From contig NC_043009.1 in the NCBI RefSeq assembly GCF_006345805.1, forward strand, positions 34,720,001 to 34,784,000: 64,000 nt of DNA, read 5' to 3'. Origin of the DNA: Octopus sinensis (taxonomy: Eukaryota). Position 1 is the first letter of the stretch. Every line of letters begins with the position of its first letter. The position numbers and the translations under genes were made by a program. Below the pieces are notes generated by a model that was not told where the DNA came from, made no database searches, and was given only the letters and a program-made list of their open reading frames with translations. Below are positions 27,460 to 41,856 of this stretch, in pieces.

Positions 27460-28215
27460 GTGTGCGTAACTGTGTGGTAAGAAGCTTGCTTCTCAACTAC
27501 ATAGTTCCGGAGTCACTCCACTGCGTGGAACCTTGGGTAGGTGTTTTCTACTATAACCTAGGGCCGACCAAAGTTTTGCGAGTAGATTTGGTACACGGAA
27601 ACTGAAAGAAGCCCGTCGTACATATGCATCTGTGTATGTGTGTTTCTGTGTCTGTGTTTGTCCCTCACCACCGCTTGACAACTGGCGGTATGTGTTTACT
27701 TTTCCCCCGTAACTTTGCGATTCGGGTAAAAAGAATTATAGAATAAGTAATAAGCTTCAAAAAATAAGTCCTAGGTTCGATTTGCTTGACTAAATCCCTT
27801 CTAGGTGGTGCTCCAGTATGATTGACACACGTAAAAGATAAAAAATAAAAGATATATTTGTTACTTCAATCATTAGAGTGAGGCGGCCTTCAAGAATTTT
27901 AGTCGAAAGAAACGACACTAGTACTTATTTATTGAAGCCTGGTACTTATTCTATCGTCTCTTGCGCCGAACCGCTGTGTTACGAGGGTGTAAACAAACCA
28001 ATAACGGCTGTCGAGTGGTGGTGGTTGACATCCACACGCACACGCACACACACTCACGCATGTACAACAGGCTTCTTTCAGTTTCCGTCTACTGAATGCA
28101 CTGTCTTTGGTTGGTCGGTCGGAAGCTAGAGAGGAAGATACTCGCCCAATGTGATATGCAGTGGGATTGAACCCGGAACCGTACTGTTGGGGAAGTAAAC
28201 GTCTTATCACACAGT
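27460..28215. mobile_element. Two diverged SINE family A copies, tail to tail (27460-27840 +, 27870-28215 -)
   Basis: Homology to family A head, core and tail. Confidence 0.7.
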
Positions 28216-29295
28216 AAAGCCATCGTCTCTCTCTCTCTCTCTCTCTCTCTTTATATATATATATAAATTACATTATATATCCTGAGAGGATGGAACAGAT
28301 AGTTAGATAGCGATATAGACAAAAAGAAAAATGTTTAATAAGTTATGCGTCTCACCCTCTCCCCAACTGTCCTAAAGCAATAATATAAACGGAAGAATCC
28401 ACCTAATATGAATTTTTCAGTTAAATATATTTTTCTCGTCACGAAAAGGGATTAATCTTTGATCTAATCATATGAAAACCTTCTGATATTATTGTTGTTT
28501 ATCCATGTGTAACTGTTATTTAATTCCAATGGAAATAAAATAAATTACTCTAAAAGAATCTGCTTCCATAACAGCTACTGCAATTATAACAAGAGCAACA
28601 CTTTGACTAACAAAACAAATAAAAATAAATAAATCATTGAACTGTGAATTCTCTGACTCAGTTATTGCTTTTTAACTCAAGTCAACCCTAAGAGTGCGCA
28701 TAAATATTTAAAAGCATCTGGTCGTGACCGTTCCATTGATTTTGTATATCGGTGAGTATATTATCCAAACCGTCCCTTTTAAAGGCTGGTATTGTTTAGT
28801 AAGGTGAGCATGAAGTGGCTAATGCTCATCCCTAAAGACTTCATCATAATGTATTTCAGGCTAGTTTGTCTTTTGACGCCCATATATTTCCAGGCTGTAT
28901 CCATTGCAGAATTAGAACACTAGATTTAAATTTATCATTACAGCTGTTCAATCCGTAGAGAGTGGTACTTTCCAGTTCGTCAACAGTTCGTCATTATAAA
29001 ATTACATTTGTGCAAAATATTACATTTAAATCAAAAGAGGTCAGTCTATTTCCAATCGATCGTAATCCGTTTCAATAAAGTACATATTAACATTCAGAGA
29101 TGTCAACGTACTCGTAATTGAGCCTATTTCCAACACATAACCTTAACAATTATATCCAATACATAATCTTAACTTTTCTTTGAACTGACAAGTATTTGAA
29201 CTGATTTTCCGCATCAATAAATTTTTCCACAGAAAACTCATCTCAATAAATAATTGCATGCATAGTATCAACATTCAAACAAAATATATGACATA

Positions 29296-29336
<41 letters not shown>

Positions 29337-29356
29337 TATATATATATTATAATATG

Positions 29357-29388
<32 letters not shown>

Positions 29389-29481
29389 CATACATATATA
29401 TATATATATACATATATATATACATATATATACATATATATAATACATATATATATATACATATATATATACATATATATA

Positions 29482-29533
<52 letters not shown>

Positions 29534-29540
29534 TATATAT

Positions 29541-29593
<53 letters not shown>

Positions 29594-29600
29594 ATATATA

Positions 29601-29637
<37 letters not shown>

Positions 29638-30021
29638 CTAAGCCTGAATTCCCTATTGTTTAATAAACAATACCTCTCATCTGAAACAAGCAACCCACCC
29701 TATTTTCACAATTTCTGTTATTTGTACCTTGATGATTGACAACAAAGCAAATACATATTAGATGGCTAAACCGATTTCATTTTACTGCTGAAAAGTCTTT
29801 CAATCGGGAGAAGATAGTCGTACTACCGTTGCACTAAGCAATTTGCTAAAATATATCAATCACTTCACTGAATTGCATTGACCTCTCTCATGGATGGTGG
29901 TACGCTTTGTTCTCAACAAAGCAATACTAAATCTATGTATACGCATACGCTCACACTTTTACACACACACACATATATATTTACACACGTAATCATGCTT
30001 ATATTATATTATATTATATTA

Positions 30022-30315
<294 letters not shown>

Positions 30316-31689
30316 CACACATGCACACACACATACGTGCATACACGCACACAAGTATATACTCATCAATGATATCTTGGAAACACATCTCTATATTTTT
30401 TTATCAATATTTAATTATTTTTTTGCCATATTTTCATATCTGTTCCTTACAGTTTAAAGCAACAACCTTGCTAAATCCATCCACAGCCTCATCTTCTGAC
30501 TGAAGTGATATTGGTTTCAAATTTGGCGCAAGGCTAGCAAGTTCGGTGATGGGGGCAAGTCAATTACATCGACCCCAGTGGTTATATGGTACTTATTTTA
30601 TGGACCCCCAAGTGATGAACTACAGAATTAACCTCGGTAGAATTTGAACACAGGACTTGAAGACGGAAGAAATTCCGCTAAGCATTTTGCTGAGCGTCCT
30701 AACTATTCTACAACGCGTCGCCCTTACCTGAAGTGATATTAGTGTGTGCTGCTACTTCTTTATAGTAATCAACGCAATATGGTAGACGTAGGCATTATCG
30801 GCGAACTTTGACAATTAGAATTATGCAATGTGAGATGCTTATTTCTCTTACTTTAGTAAGGTATTGTCTTATGCATATTGTTTCTATCATTAATTTTTGC
30901 GAGGCCTCCTGTTAAATATTAATAATACTAATAACATTTTCCTACCTAATTTTATATTTTCTTTGTTTCGTGGTACTACTTATTGTAATTGTTTTTTTTT
31001 ATAAGCCCATAGTGAGAGTGAGGCGAAGTATATTACCCCTATAACTGGCAGAGTCGTGAAATTTAAAACGTTAATTTATAAACCAAACTAAACATTAACA
31101 GATTGTTCATGTTTTTAAAGGTTATCTTATTTATTAGATTATAATTTAGTATTTTTGTCGTATAGTAGTTTGACGTCATGTAATTTCTGTTCTGATTGGG
31201 AGTTCGTTAATGTGTTCAAGTATTCTCTAATAGTACTCCTAGATTAATATACTGCATGTAAAATTACTGATAAAAATCGTTATTTTCACTGTGCACAACA
31301 AGATGTGAAACATTATTTACGTATTTATTCTTAATTCGTTCCGGTAAATTCGAACGCAGATACACTAGTCACTGTTGTGTACGTCACTGGAGAACAACCT
31401 CTTCTTTAATACATTCCAGTAGATCCAACGGAAATATACTAGTCGCTGTTATGAAATAAAGCCACCTGCTTGTTTAAGTACTTCTGTCAAACGTAACACA
31501 TGTCGAAACACTGGTGTCTCAGAGTCCCTTGTGCCAAAGAGCCGAGTGCGTTATGAACTCAATGTCATTGTAATGACGAAGTCGTTCTGTTACGTACACA
31601 ACAACAACTAACATATTAGCGTTCAAATGTGACGGAACGTATTAATAATAAATAAAATGTATTAATAATAAATATGTAAAACTCCATAT

Positions 31690-32300
31690 TAAATTTCAAC
31701 ATTCCGAAGAGAAACAGAAAGTCCAAGCAATACAATGACTGTTTTTATTGATGTAAACACAGAGAGAAAATAATTGACACTTCACATCAGAGTACTCCAA
31801 AGACAAATATACGCATATACTCATATGGGAACAATGGATTTCTATACAGATACAAAATCTCAGGAGAAAAATCTCCACTTGGATGAACAATTAGATTTCC
31901 CCACAAAAAAATGAACTTGCGAGAGGGAATTCACAGAAAAAATATACTCATCAACAACGGGTGGTCTAACAAATTGACCAAGTCATAGAAAAATATAAAA
32001 ATATGTTTAGAGGAACAAATGCGTCAAGCACTACATAAAATAATAATAATAATAAATACTCAAAGCCTAGAAAAAGTGAATCTGAATCAAATGTATGCTG
32101 ATTAGAGAACTGATGAACACATTATGAAAAACTTAAAAATAGAAAAAAAGTACTAAGAATAAAGTGGGTGTATATAGTGATGAACTGAGCAAAGAAAATA
32201 AGAGGAATAAATGAAAAGTTTATACCTTTACTTGCAACAACAACCAATTCTGAAAATTTTACATCCTGAAAGATAAGAGAATTTAAATATTTCAACACAA
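31690..32300 (+). mobile_element. Possible Penelope-like RT/linker remnant
   Basis: Degenerate 'DFPTKNEL.R...ILINNGWSN.L.DQVIE' resembling the PLE post-RT region. Confidence 0.35.
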
Positions 32301-32423
32301 AATATTCTCACTTATTTTAATATTAGAACTACGGTAATAAAACCATTAAGTTATCTATAAACCACTTAAATAATTGATCAATATTTTTAAACATTATATT
32401 AAAATAATTTTGTATTTAGAATA

Positions 32424-32940
32424 CAGTTGACATTCGAAGATCCGGCCATCGAAAATCCAGTTCCTTCAGATTTCCGGCATGGATTTCGGAGCGCATTTTC
32501 AAATTTACCGTGTTGCCGAGCCACTTTTTTCTGAAGGCGCCGTTTATGCTTTGATGCTCATTCCTTCTCATTTTATCCTGCTCATTCGTTTTCATTTTAT
32601 CGTTTATTTGCTGCTGTGTAGTCCCATTATGCATTCAGCAAAGAAACGAGGTAAAAACAAAGCGTAAATATCGTGCGTTGTCGATCGCAGAGAAAGTAGA
32701 AAGTTAATAGCGGCGTGTCTCTGCGAACCATTTGTGAAACATACGACATTAGCTCTTCAACAGTGTATGATATTAAAAAAAACCGGAAAGAAAAACCGTT
32801 AAAGTACTTTTCTAATCGTGGATCGAAAAAGCAAATGTTTTGTAAGGAAGTCAGTGACGAAGGGAAAAAAAGCTTGAAACTGGATTAATATATCATAAAT
32901 GTTTACTGCTCCAAGATAAACTTTAAAGAGAAAGACCCAA

Positions 32941-33002
<62 letters not shown>

Positions 33003-33484
33003 GAGACACGGCACAATATATTCAAGAAAATAGCTAGGAAGCAAGAAGAAGCAGCGGCAGTGTCCACTCTTCAAATCTACTGCCATCGACTTCAAGTCAA
33101 CCAGATGTGTTGTCATCACCATCACCATTTCCTCCACAGTTTGTAGCTCTTCCTGTTTCTGAGGATGCTGCCACTGTCAGCGATGAAGATCATGATTCTG
33201 CCTGTCCATCTGCTATTTAGCTTCTTTTCGAGAGTACAGTAATGTTTAAAATTCAGAGGTTCTATTTTACTTAGTTGAATTAAAATTCTGCAGAACTAGT
33301 TTATTTAGTTAGTGAACGTTAAAATATCATTTGCTTTTAATTTAGTGTTTAATTTTCTTTCTTTAAAGAAATGCACAGGTAGTAATTTTCTGTTAAATAT
33401 ATAAAACAAATATAACCATAAAATACCTGGCATTTTTGAAAACACTCAGGTTCGGAGGTTGCCGGATTTTTCAGTGACAAGCTG
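32424..33484 (+). mobile_element. Tigger/pogo deletion derivative with HTH (psq/CENP-B-like) remnant
   Basis: TA-flanked imperfect TIRs (CAGTTGACATTCGAAGATCCGGC / CAGCTTGTCACTGAAAAATCCGGC). Encodes KRKYRALSIAEKVE...SLRTICETYDISSSTVYDIKK. Confidence 0.75.
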
Positions 33485-33761
33485 TACCAGTGGAATTTAT
33501 TAAAAAAAATTTTTTTTAACGTACATATTGATATAATAATAACGACAAAAGATATTGATTAATAGGAACTCGATCTAGAGTTGAGCGTACTTTGTGATAT
33601 TTCATAATTTGAGGAAAAATCTTTCTAAATTATAACTGTATCAATCAGGGAATTTCCAAAACACTATATATATATATATATATATATATAGATATATATA
33701 TATATAATATATATATATATATATAGATATATATATATATATATTATATATATATATATAT

Positions 33762-33792
<31 letters not shown>

Positions 33793-34217
33793 ATATATAT
33801 ATGTATATGTATATATATATGTATATGTATATATATATAGTATATGTATATATAGATATATATATATGTATGTATATATATATATATGTATATGTATATA
33901 TTATATATATGTATATGTATATATAGATATATATATGTATGTATATATATGTATATATACATATATGTATATATATATGTAAGTATATATATATATATGT
34001 GTATATGTATGTATATATATCTATATATATTTGTATATATATGTATAAATATGTATATATACATGTATATATATGTATAAATATGTATATATACATGTAT
34101 ATATATGTATATCTATATGTTTATATATGTATATATATGCATATATATGAGAATTTTTTACGTAATGAGATAAAAAAACGAAGGTTGTGTAGATATTAGA
34201 ACATTTATAGGTAGAAG

Positions 34218-34269
34218 GTCTTATAGCTGTTTCCAGGATATTTATTAATTATATACCTTCATCGGAGAC
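34218..34269 (-). ncRNA. Variant or degenerate minimal type I hammerhead motif (CCGAUGA core)
   Basis: Stem I GTCT/AGAC, CCGATGA, stem II AGG(T)ATAT/ATATCCT, GGAA, near-palindromic ACAGCTAT, A17. Confidence 0.5.
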
Positions 34270-34626
34270 GGTGTAGGAGGATGGTTAAATAATAATTAAT
34301 ATAGATGGCAGACAAAATAGAGAGTGAGATGGAAGAAAGAAATTAGATGTGAGACATGTAGGGATATTGCATTTGTTGATCCATTTTTTAGGCAGAATAT
34401 ATATGTAAAATTCCAATAACATATGAGAAAAATTCAACAGCATTTAAGATTGTTCATTCCAAATATAGACTTTATATACAATGTGGGATTCCAATACCTT
34501 ATGAGCAAAATCCAACGGTATTTAAAATTGGTCATGCCAATTACAGAATGTATACACAGTGTTGTAGAGCAAAGGTTTTTTTTTATTTAAAGTGCATAAT
34601 GCATATATATGTATATATATATACAC

Positions 34627-34688
<62 letters not shown>

Positions 34689-35179
34689 ATTAACCGGTGT
34701 TGTTCAAACGATGAATAGCTTTGCGTAAATCATTGGTTCGTTTTTGTTCGCTTACTTTATTATCATCTTATAATCATCTCATAATAATGACTTTTATGAC
34801 TCGTATATTATACCTCAGTCAATCTAATGTATATATTTGTCGCGTTACCTGTCATAAATAGCCTTTTCTATTTGCAAAATGCATTTCGTTGATTTTTCAT
34901 ATTTTACCCTTACATTTCCACGTGTATTTTATATTTTCTTTTCGTAACATATTTCTACTATATGTATATATATACATATATATATATGTATATATATGTA
35001 TATATATATGTCTATATATGTATATATAAATGTCTATATATATGTATATATATAAATATGTATATATACATGTATATGTATATATGCATATATATATGCA
35101 TATGTATATAAATATATATGTATATATATATGTGTATATGCATATATATGTATATATATATGTATATACATATGTATAT

Positions 35180-35640
35180 ATAACTTAGAATAACTTAGAA
35201 AGGTTTTGGCCAGTGCTGGCCCAGGCCATGTCTAACTTAATAGCATCACCTGGCGAAGTCTTTCAATTCAGGATTTGGGCACCAAAGTCCATTCGAGCAG
35301 AGAGTTATTGTTTGCGGAGACATATCCGGATGTGGGTGGTTTGTCTGGGACTGTTTAAAGGAATTTGTCCAAAGACTTCTTGAATTTTGTGTGGTCAGTT
35401 TCTGTTTTGACGTGTCCTGGTGTAATGTTGAGGGGAGCGGGTCCAATTGAGGTGAAATGATTGTGCCATATTGTTGTTATGAGATGCGATTTAGATTTTT
35501 GTTGTGGACGGATGGCACGGGGTCCAAGTCTTGGATGTATTTTGAAGGTGATGCCAGCATCATTTGGACAGTGCCGATGGAATATTTTATACATCATACA
35601 GATAATGTTGTGTTCACGGCATCGTTGGAGTGAATACAGT
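35180..35640 (-). mobile_element. CR1/L2-group LINE 3' end
   Basis: LYSLQRCRE...MYKIF...HPRLG...HNHFTSIGP...FKKSLDKFL. Tandem tail (TTCTAAGTTA)2. Confidence 0.75.
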
Positions 35641-35887
35641 TTCATACACACACACACGCACACACCACACACACACCACACACACACACACCACAATTAT
35701 AATATATATAATAGAAATATTAAAATTACTAAGTCTCTATAAAGAGAGATATGGCAGGGTTACTGGAAAATTAATTGTTATCGCCATATTAATATGGCAT
35801 TTCTTATAGATATAAGAATAATCGCTGGCATGGTCAGCTCCATGAGGCCACCGCCATCAAGATAGCTATTGATACACGATTGACTGC

Positions 35888-35928
35888 GCTATATTGACAA
35901 GGGGCAATACCCGAAACGCGTCTGTAGC
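35888..35928 (+). ncRNA. Minimal type I hammerhead ribozyme motif with U3:A8 covariation
   Basis: Stem I GCTATA/TGTAGC, core TTGACAA, G+GGG/CCC stem II, GAA, palindromic ACGCGT, GUC triplet. Confidence 0.65.
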
Positions 35929-36057
35929 TGTCGGAAGGCAGTGTGAAGCGGCTGACCTCCTTGTTCGAAGGTTATAATGGATAACAGATCGTGTATCAAT
36001 AGCTATCTTGATGGCGGTGGTATCATGGAGCTGACCATGAGCTGACAATTTAATTAT

Positions 36058-36094
<37 letters not shown>

Positions 36095-37169
36095 ATATAT
36101 ATAATATATAGTATATATATATGTATATATATATAATAGAAAATACTCTTACTTCTAAACCTCTCAGAGAGAGAGTCATTCAGTAACAGTTCTTTTTAAA
36201 CTAAAAGGTAATTGAATTGCCAACATAATATGGCTGGAAGTGTAGTTTACAATATCAACAACATGAATTTCTTCCATCCTCTTGATCTTTTAAGATATTT
36301 GAGAAAACTTACGTTAATGTGGCCAACTGCTTAAAATTCTATTTCTTTATTCATGAGCTGATAATGTCCCTGCATTTAAATTGATGTAATGATTGCATTG
36401 TTCAATTCAATGGACTCATTGAAACGGTCGTACTGCATCACTACATGGCATCCTGTTGCTTATTTTGATTTTATTCACTTTACATCGAGCTGTGCGGATA
36501 ATAGCAAACTGACTTGGTGCTTCAACTTAAGTAACTAATTCAACTGAATCTCAATTATTTCTTAACCATATATATATATATTTTTCATATATAAATATAT
36601 ACATCAATATATACATATACATACACACAAACAGATATATATATATGTATGCAAATACATACATACATAGGCAGAAATATACTCACAAACATATGCATGT
36701 ATATATATACTTATACTCGTACATGTTCTCGCGACAACAACATAGAAACATACTTATGCTAAAGCGTATGTTTACGAGTACATACTTATACACATAAACA
36801 AACGATCATATACATACACAAGAGCATACACACAGCAAGACATCGATAGACCCAAGCACATAATTGTATACACATACACACTCTTCCTTAAGCAAATATA
36901 CACTACTGTTCAATTACAAAATGCTTACGAACAGGAGAGGCTAGGAATTTAAAATGACGTTATCGAAACGAACTAGATATTGTGAGAGAAGGAGAAGATG
37001 TATAGAAAGATTGGGAGGGGGAAAGAAGGGAAGGATAAAACAAAGTAAAGAGTGAGAGAGAGAGAGAGAGAGAGAGGAGAAGCGAGGAGCGTTACAAAGG
37101 TAATATGAAAAAAATGCATGAAAAGAAATGAAAGAAGGGAGAGGAGGAGAGAGGGGAAATTATTGGAGT

Positions 37170-39370
37170 ACTGTAGAGAAAAGAAAAAAATAAAACGACA
37201 TTGCAGTGAAGAAATTATTATAGGTATTGAGCCCACCCCATACAGAAGGATACACATCCCAAATCATCGACAAACACAAACACACTATAACAAACCCATG
37301 CACACACTTACTAAGCATATATACATTATTGTGCACACCGAAAATTACATACCCACGCTAGCAAAAACGGGTATATACGCATAACATATATGGAAAGCCA
37401 GGTAGCAAGGAACTCAAAATTTTTTTAAAATGTTTTAAGAAGATAATTAACTAGATGGGGAGAGAAGGAGAGAGAAAAGGAAACGAAAGATATGGGAATA
37501 AAACAGGAGGTAGAAGAGGTAAAATTCTTACGCTACAAAGATTTTTTAGTATTAATTCTTGCCATGAGCACAATCCCAGTGGGTGTGTAATAAAAATATT
37601 CGATTAATTATTCCTTACGTGTAAACAAGTAAAAAGTAACCTTCCCCTATTATTCTGTCATGCAATAGAAAGGAAACTTCCCTATTAATTCTTGATATCA
37701 CCGATTTTTACACCACGTATTAGAGTAGGTTTTCCAATACCAGTAACATTCTTACAAATTATATCTTCACATAATAACTTATTCTAAGGATTTTAATCTA
37801 TTTTTAACAATACTAGTAACCTTATTAACACCAACAATAACATTAACATAATCTCTCCTTAAATGGTGACAACAAAACAACCAGCTTTTTGCAATTGTAG
37901 TCTGGTAAAACCTGTGTACTAAATGGCAGAATTATTAAAAACGCCATTTACCAATGAGGTTATTCTGGTAACAAAGATATTTTATATTGGATCCACCTCA
38001 AAATTATGGAAATCCCATCTGGCCAACCACTTCTCTACCTATAAATGCAATCGTAAGCGGAACTCTACGGACTCAGTACAACTAATGTATGGCCTCAAGC
38101 ACTCTAACAAATCTTTTTCTCTCAGAAAGATAAATTCTTTCTAGATCTTTTCCTTATGAAAAAGGGAAATCTTTCTCTTTTATTCACGAAGAGCTGTCGA
38201 TGATTTGGGATGTACGATGGAAGAAAAAAATAAAACGACATTGCAGAAATTATTATTAGGTTATTGGAGCCCACACAATACAGAAGGATACACATCCCAA
38301 ATCATCGACAAACACAAACACACTATAACAAACCCATGCACACACTTACTAAGCACTATACATTATTGTGCACAACGAAAATATACATACCCCGATAGCA
38401 ACAAAACGGGTATACGCATATACATATAGGGAAAGCCAGGTAGCAGGGAACTCTAAAATTTTAAAGTTTTAAGGAAATTAACTAGATTGGGTGAGAGAAG
38501 GAGAAAAGGAAAAGAAAGATATGGAAGAAAAACAGGAGGTAGAAAGAGGTAAAAATTCTTACGCTACAAAGATTTTTTAGTATTAATTCTTGCCATGAGT
38601 CACACTCCCCTAATAAAAATATTCGATTAATTATTCCTTACGGTAAACAAGTAAAAAGTAACCTTCCCCTATTATTTCGTCATGCAATAGAAAGAAACTT
38701 CCCTATTAATTCTTGATATCACTCGATTTTTAACACCCACCGTATTAGAGTAGGTTTTTCCAATACCAGTAACATCTTACAAATTATATCTTCACATAAT
38801 AACTGTATTCTAAGAGATTTTAATCTATTTTCTAATAATACTAGTAACCTTATTAACACTAACAATAACATTAACAGTAATCTCTCCTTAAATGGTGACA
38901 ACAAAACAACCAGCGTTTGCAATTGTAGTCCTGGTAAAACCTGTGTACTAAATGGCAGAATTAAAAACGCCATTTACCAATGCAAGGTTACTTCTGGTAA
39001 CAAAGAATATTTTTATATTGGATCATCCTCAACATTATGGAAATCCCATCTGGCCAACCACTTCTCTACCTATAAATGCAATCGTAAGCGGAACTCTACG
39101 GACTCAGTAAACTAATGTATGGCCTCAAGCACTCTAACAAATCTTTTTCTTCAGAAAGATAAATTCTTTCTAGATCTTTTCCTTATGAAAAAGGGAAATC
39201 TTTCTCTTTTATTCACGGAAGAGCTGTCGATGATTTGGGATGTACGATGGAAGAAAAAGAAAAGAAAATTTGCAGAAATTATTATTAGGTTATTGGAGCC
39301 CACCCACGTACAGAAGGATAGACATCCCAAATCATCGACAGACACAAAACACACTATAACAATTTTCGAT
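37170..39370 (+). mobile_element. Tandem ~1.05-kb units carrying a Penelope-like linker plus GIY-YIG endonuclease
   Basis: Copy 2 (~38600-39113) reads RLIIPYGKQVKSN...IFNTHRIRVGFSNTSNILQIISSHNN...CNCSPGKTCVLNG...AIYQCKV...YFYIGSS...HLANH...RNST. Copy 1 at ~37570-38220, partial third copy after 39260. Confidence 0.8.
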
Positions 39371-39999
39371 GTTACTTTTACTTTTCGATACAGAGGAGGG
39401 ATAGAAAGGAAGTGAGAGAGAAGGAGTCAGAGTCAGAGGGAGAGGGAGAGAGTGAGTGGTGACAGAAAGTGTGTGTGTGTGTGAACGTGTGACATGCTCT
39501 TTGTGTTTATAGATTGATAGACATATCGATAGATAGATAGACACACATCTATACATGCATGTATAGATATGTATAGATATATGTGTTTATTTATCTATCT
39601 ATAAACACGCACAGAATGTCACACGTACACACGTACTTTCTATCACCACTCTCTCACTCTCCCCCTTTCTCTCACTCTGACTCTTTCTCTCTCACTACTT
39701 ATCTATCCCTCCTCATATATATTATATGAGGAGAGCGTAACGGACGAACTAACTAACACAAACGTATACCAAAACATATACTTACACATGCACACACTTA
39801 CTAAGCACATATACATCATTGAGCATACCGAAAATATACATACCCACGATAGCAAAAACGGGTATATACGCATATACATATATGGAAAGCCAGGTAGCAA
39901 GGGAACTCTAACATTTTAAAATGGTTTTAAGGAAATTAACTAGATTGGGTGAGAGAAGGAGAAAAGGAATGTATGTGTGTGAACTCCAATAACCTAATA

Positions 40000-40530
40000 A
40001 TAATTTCTGCAAATTTTCTTTTATTTTTTCTTCCATCGTACATCCCATAATTTTCCCTCTCCCCTTCTTTCATTTCTTTTCATGCATTTAAAAAAATATA
40101 TAATTTGCCGCCTCCTCTCGTCCTCTTTCCCTTTTTTTACTTTGTTTTATCCTCCCCTTCTTTTCCCCTCCCAATCTTTCTATCTCTTCTCTCACAATAT
40201 CTAGTTCGTTTCGATAACGTTATTTTAAATTCCTAGCGTCCCCTGTTCGTATTTAGGTATTTTGTGAAGGGAAAATAATATATATTTGCTTAAGGAAGAG
40301 TGTGTATGTGTATACAATTATGTGTTTGGGTCTATCAATATCATGGGATGTGTATGCTCTTGTGTATGTATATGATCGTTTGTTTATGTGTATAAGTATG
40401 TGCTCGTAAACGTATACTTTAGCATAAGTATGTTTCTATGTTGTTGTCGAGAGAATATGTACGAGTATATATATAGATATATATGCATATGTTTGTGAGT
40501 ATATTTCTGCCTATATATGTATGTATTTGA
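40000..40530 (-). repeat. Inverted diverged copy of 36650-37200
   Basis: Direct reverse-complement alignment by eye. Mostly substitutions. Confidence 0.7.
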
Positions 40531-40977
40531 ATACATAAGTATATTGTGCTTTTCTTGTAGATATATAATGTTTATATTTACACGTCACTTATTTGAATGT
40601 GTACGCGTGTGTGCATATGAATATAAATACATTATATTTTATGGGACTTTCTACTTCTGTTAACTTGTAATTTATATCCTTTCTGGTGAGTTCAATGCAT
40701 TGATGACCATAATTTATCCTGTCGGATATTTTGGAGAGCATCCGTCGAAACATATGTGGAAGAATCATATTATAATTCTGCTTCTTCTTTCCCTAGTTAG
40801 TTCGTCCGTTACGCTCTTCATATAATATATAAGAGGAGGGATAGAGAAGTAGTGAGAGTGAGAGAGTGAGTGAGTGGTGATAGAAAGTGTATACGTGTAC
40901 GTGTGACATTCTGTGTGTGTTTATAGATAGATAGACACATATATCTATACATATTTATACATGCATGTATAGATGTG

Positions 40978-41052
<75 letters not shown>

Positions 41053-41056
<4 letters not shown>

Positions 41057-41784
41057 AAAACTGAGAATGTGTGTGTGTGTGTCTGTCTGTCTGTCTGTTT
41101 CCCTAAAACTTGAGAACTACACAACTTTTTGCCTAGGGCGAGCCCACAGCAATATCATATCTTCTCCACTACGATTCCCTAAAACTTGAGAACTACACAA
41201 CCAATTTCATTCAAATTTTACACCTGCCTTACTTAGAGTCCATGTAGTTTCATGGGCAAAAAAAAAGTTCAACTTCTGGCCTAGGGCGAGCCCATAGCAA
41301 TATCATATCTTCTCCACTATTTCAGTATTACGTGTTAAAAGTGAAGCAAAAACATTTCTCTATTTTATGTCAGATACTTTCAATTTAACAATAAAAATTA
41401 ACGATAATAATAAAAATTGAATTATATGTAGTAAGTAATAATTAAAATCAAACTAAAGTATAATATAATCGTAACATAACAAAAGTAAAAATAGCAATTG
41501 GTATAAAATTGCATCAATGACTTGAACTTGAATAAGTGGTTTCACATGAATGGGAATAAATTAAAAATAAAATTAGCGTGAACAAATGGAATAGTCCTAC
41601 AATTCCGGTCTGTTATATATTTTCAGTGTTGTTATCACTAGCGATATCAAGATGTAACTTTGTATTTTGTATTTTATGTGTAGATGTATATATATATAGA
41701 TGTACATGTAATATGTGCACATGTATATACACATATATACATGCACTCGCACTATGACCCGGCAAAGACGGGTCATAGTGCTAG
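41053..41784 (+). mobile_element. Non-autonomous Helitron-like element
   Basis: 5' ATAAAACTGAGAATG+(GT/GTCT)n. 3' perfect 13-bp hairpin GCACTATGACCCG/CGGGTCATAGTGC (41749-41781) ending CTAG|T. Confidence 0.75.
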
Positions 41785-41787
41785 TAT

Positions 41788-41856
<69 letters not shown>

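Noticed and set aside
40700-40765. Hammerhead-like remnant (CGGAT/ATCCG, GAA-ACATATGT)
   Set aside because: Core incomplete and G at position 17. At most a dead relic.
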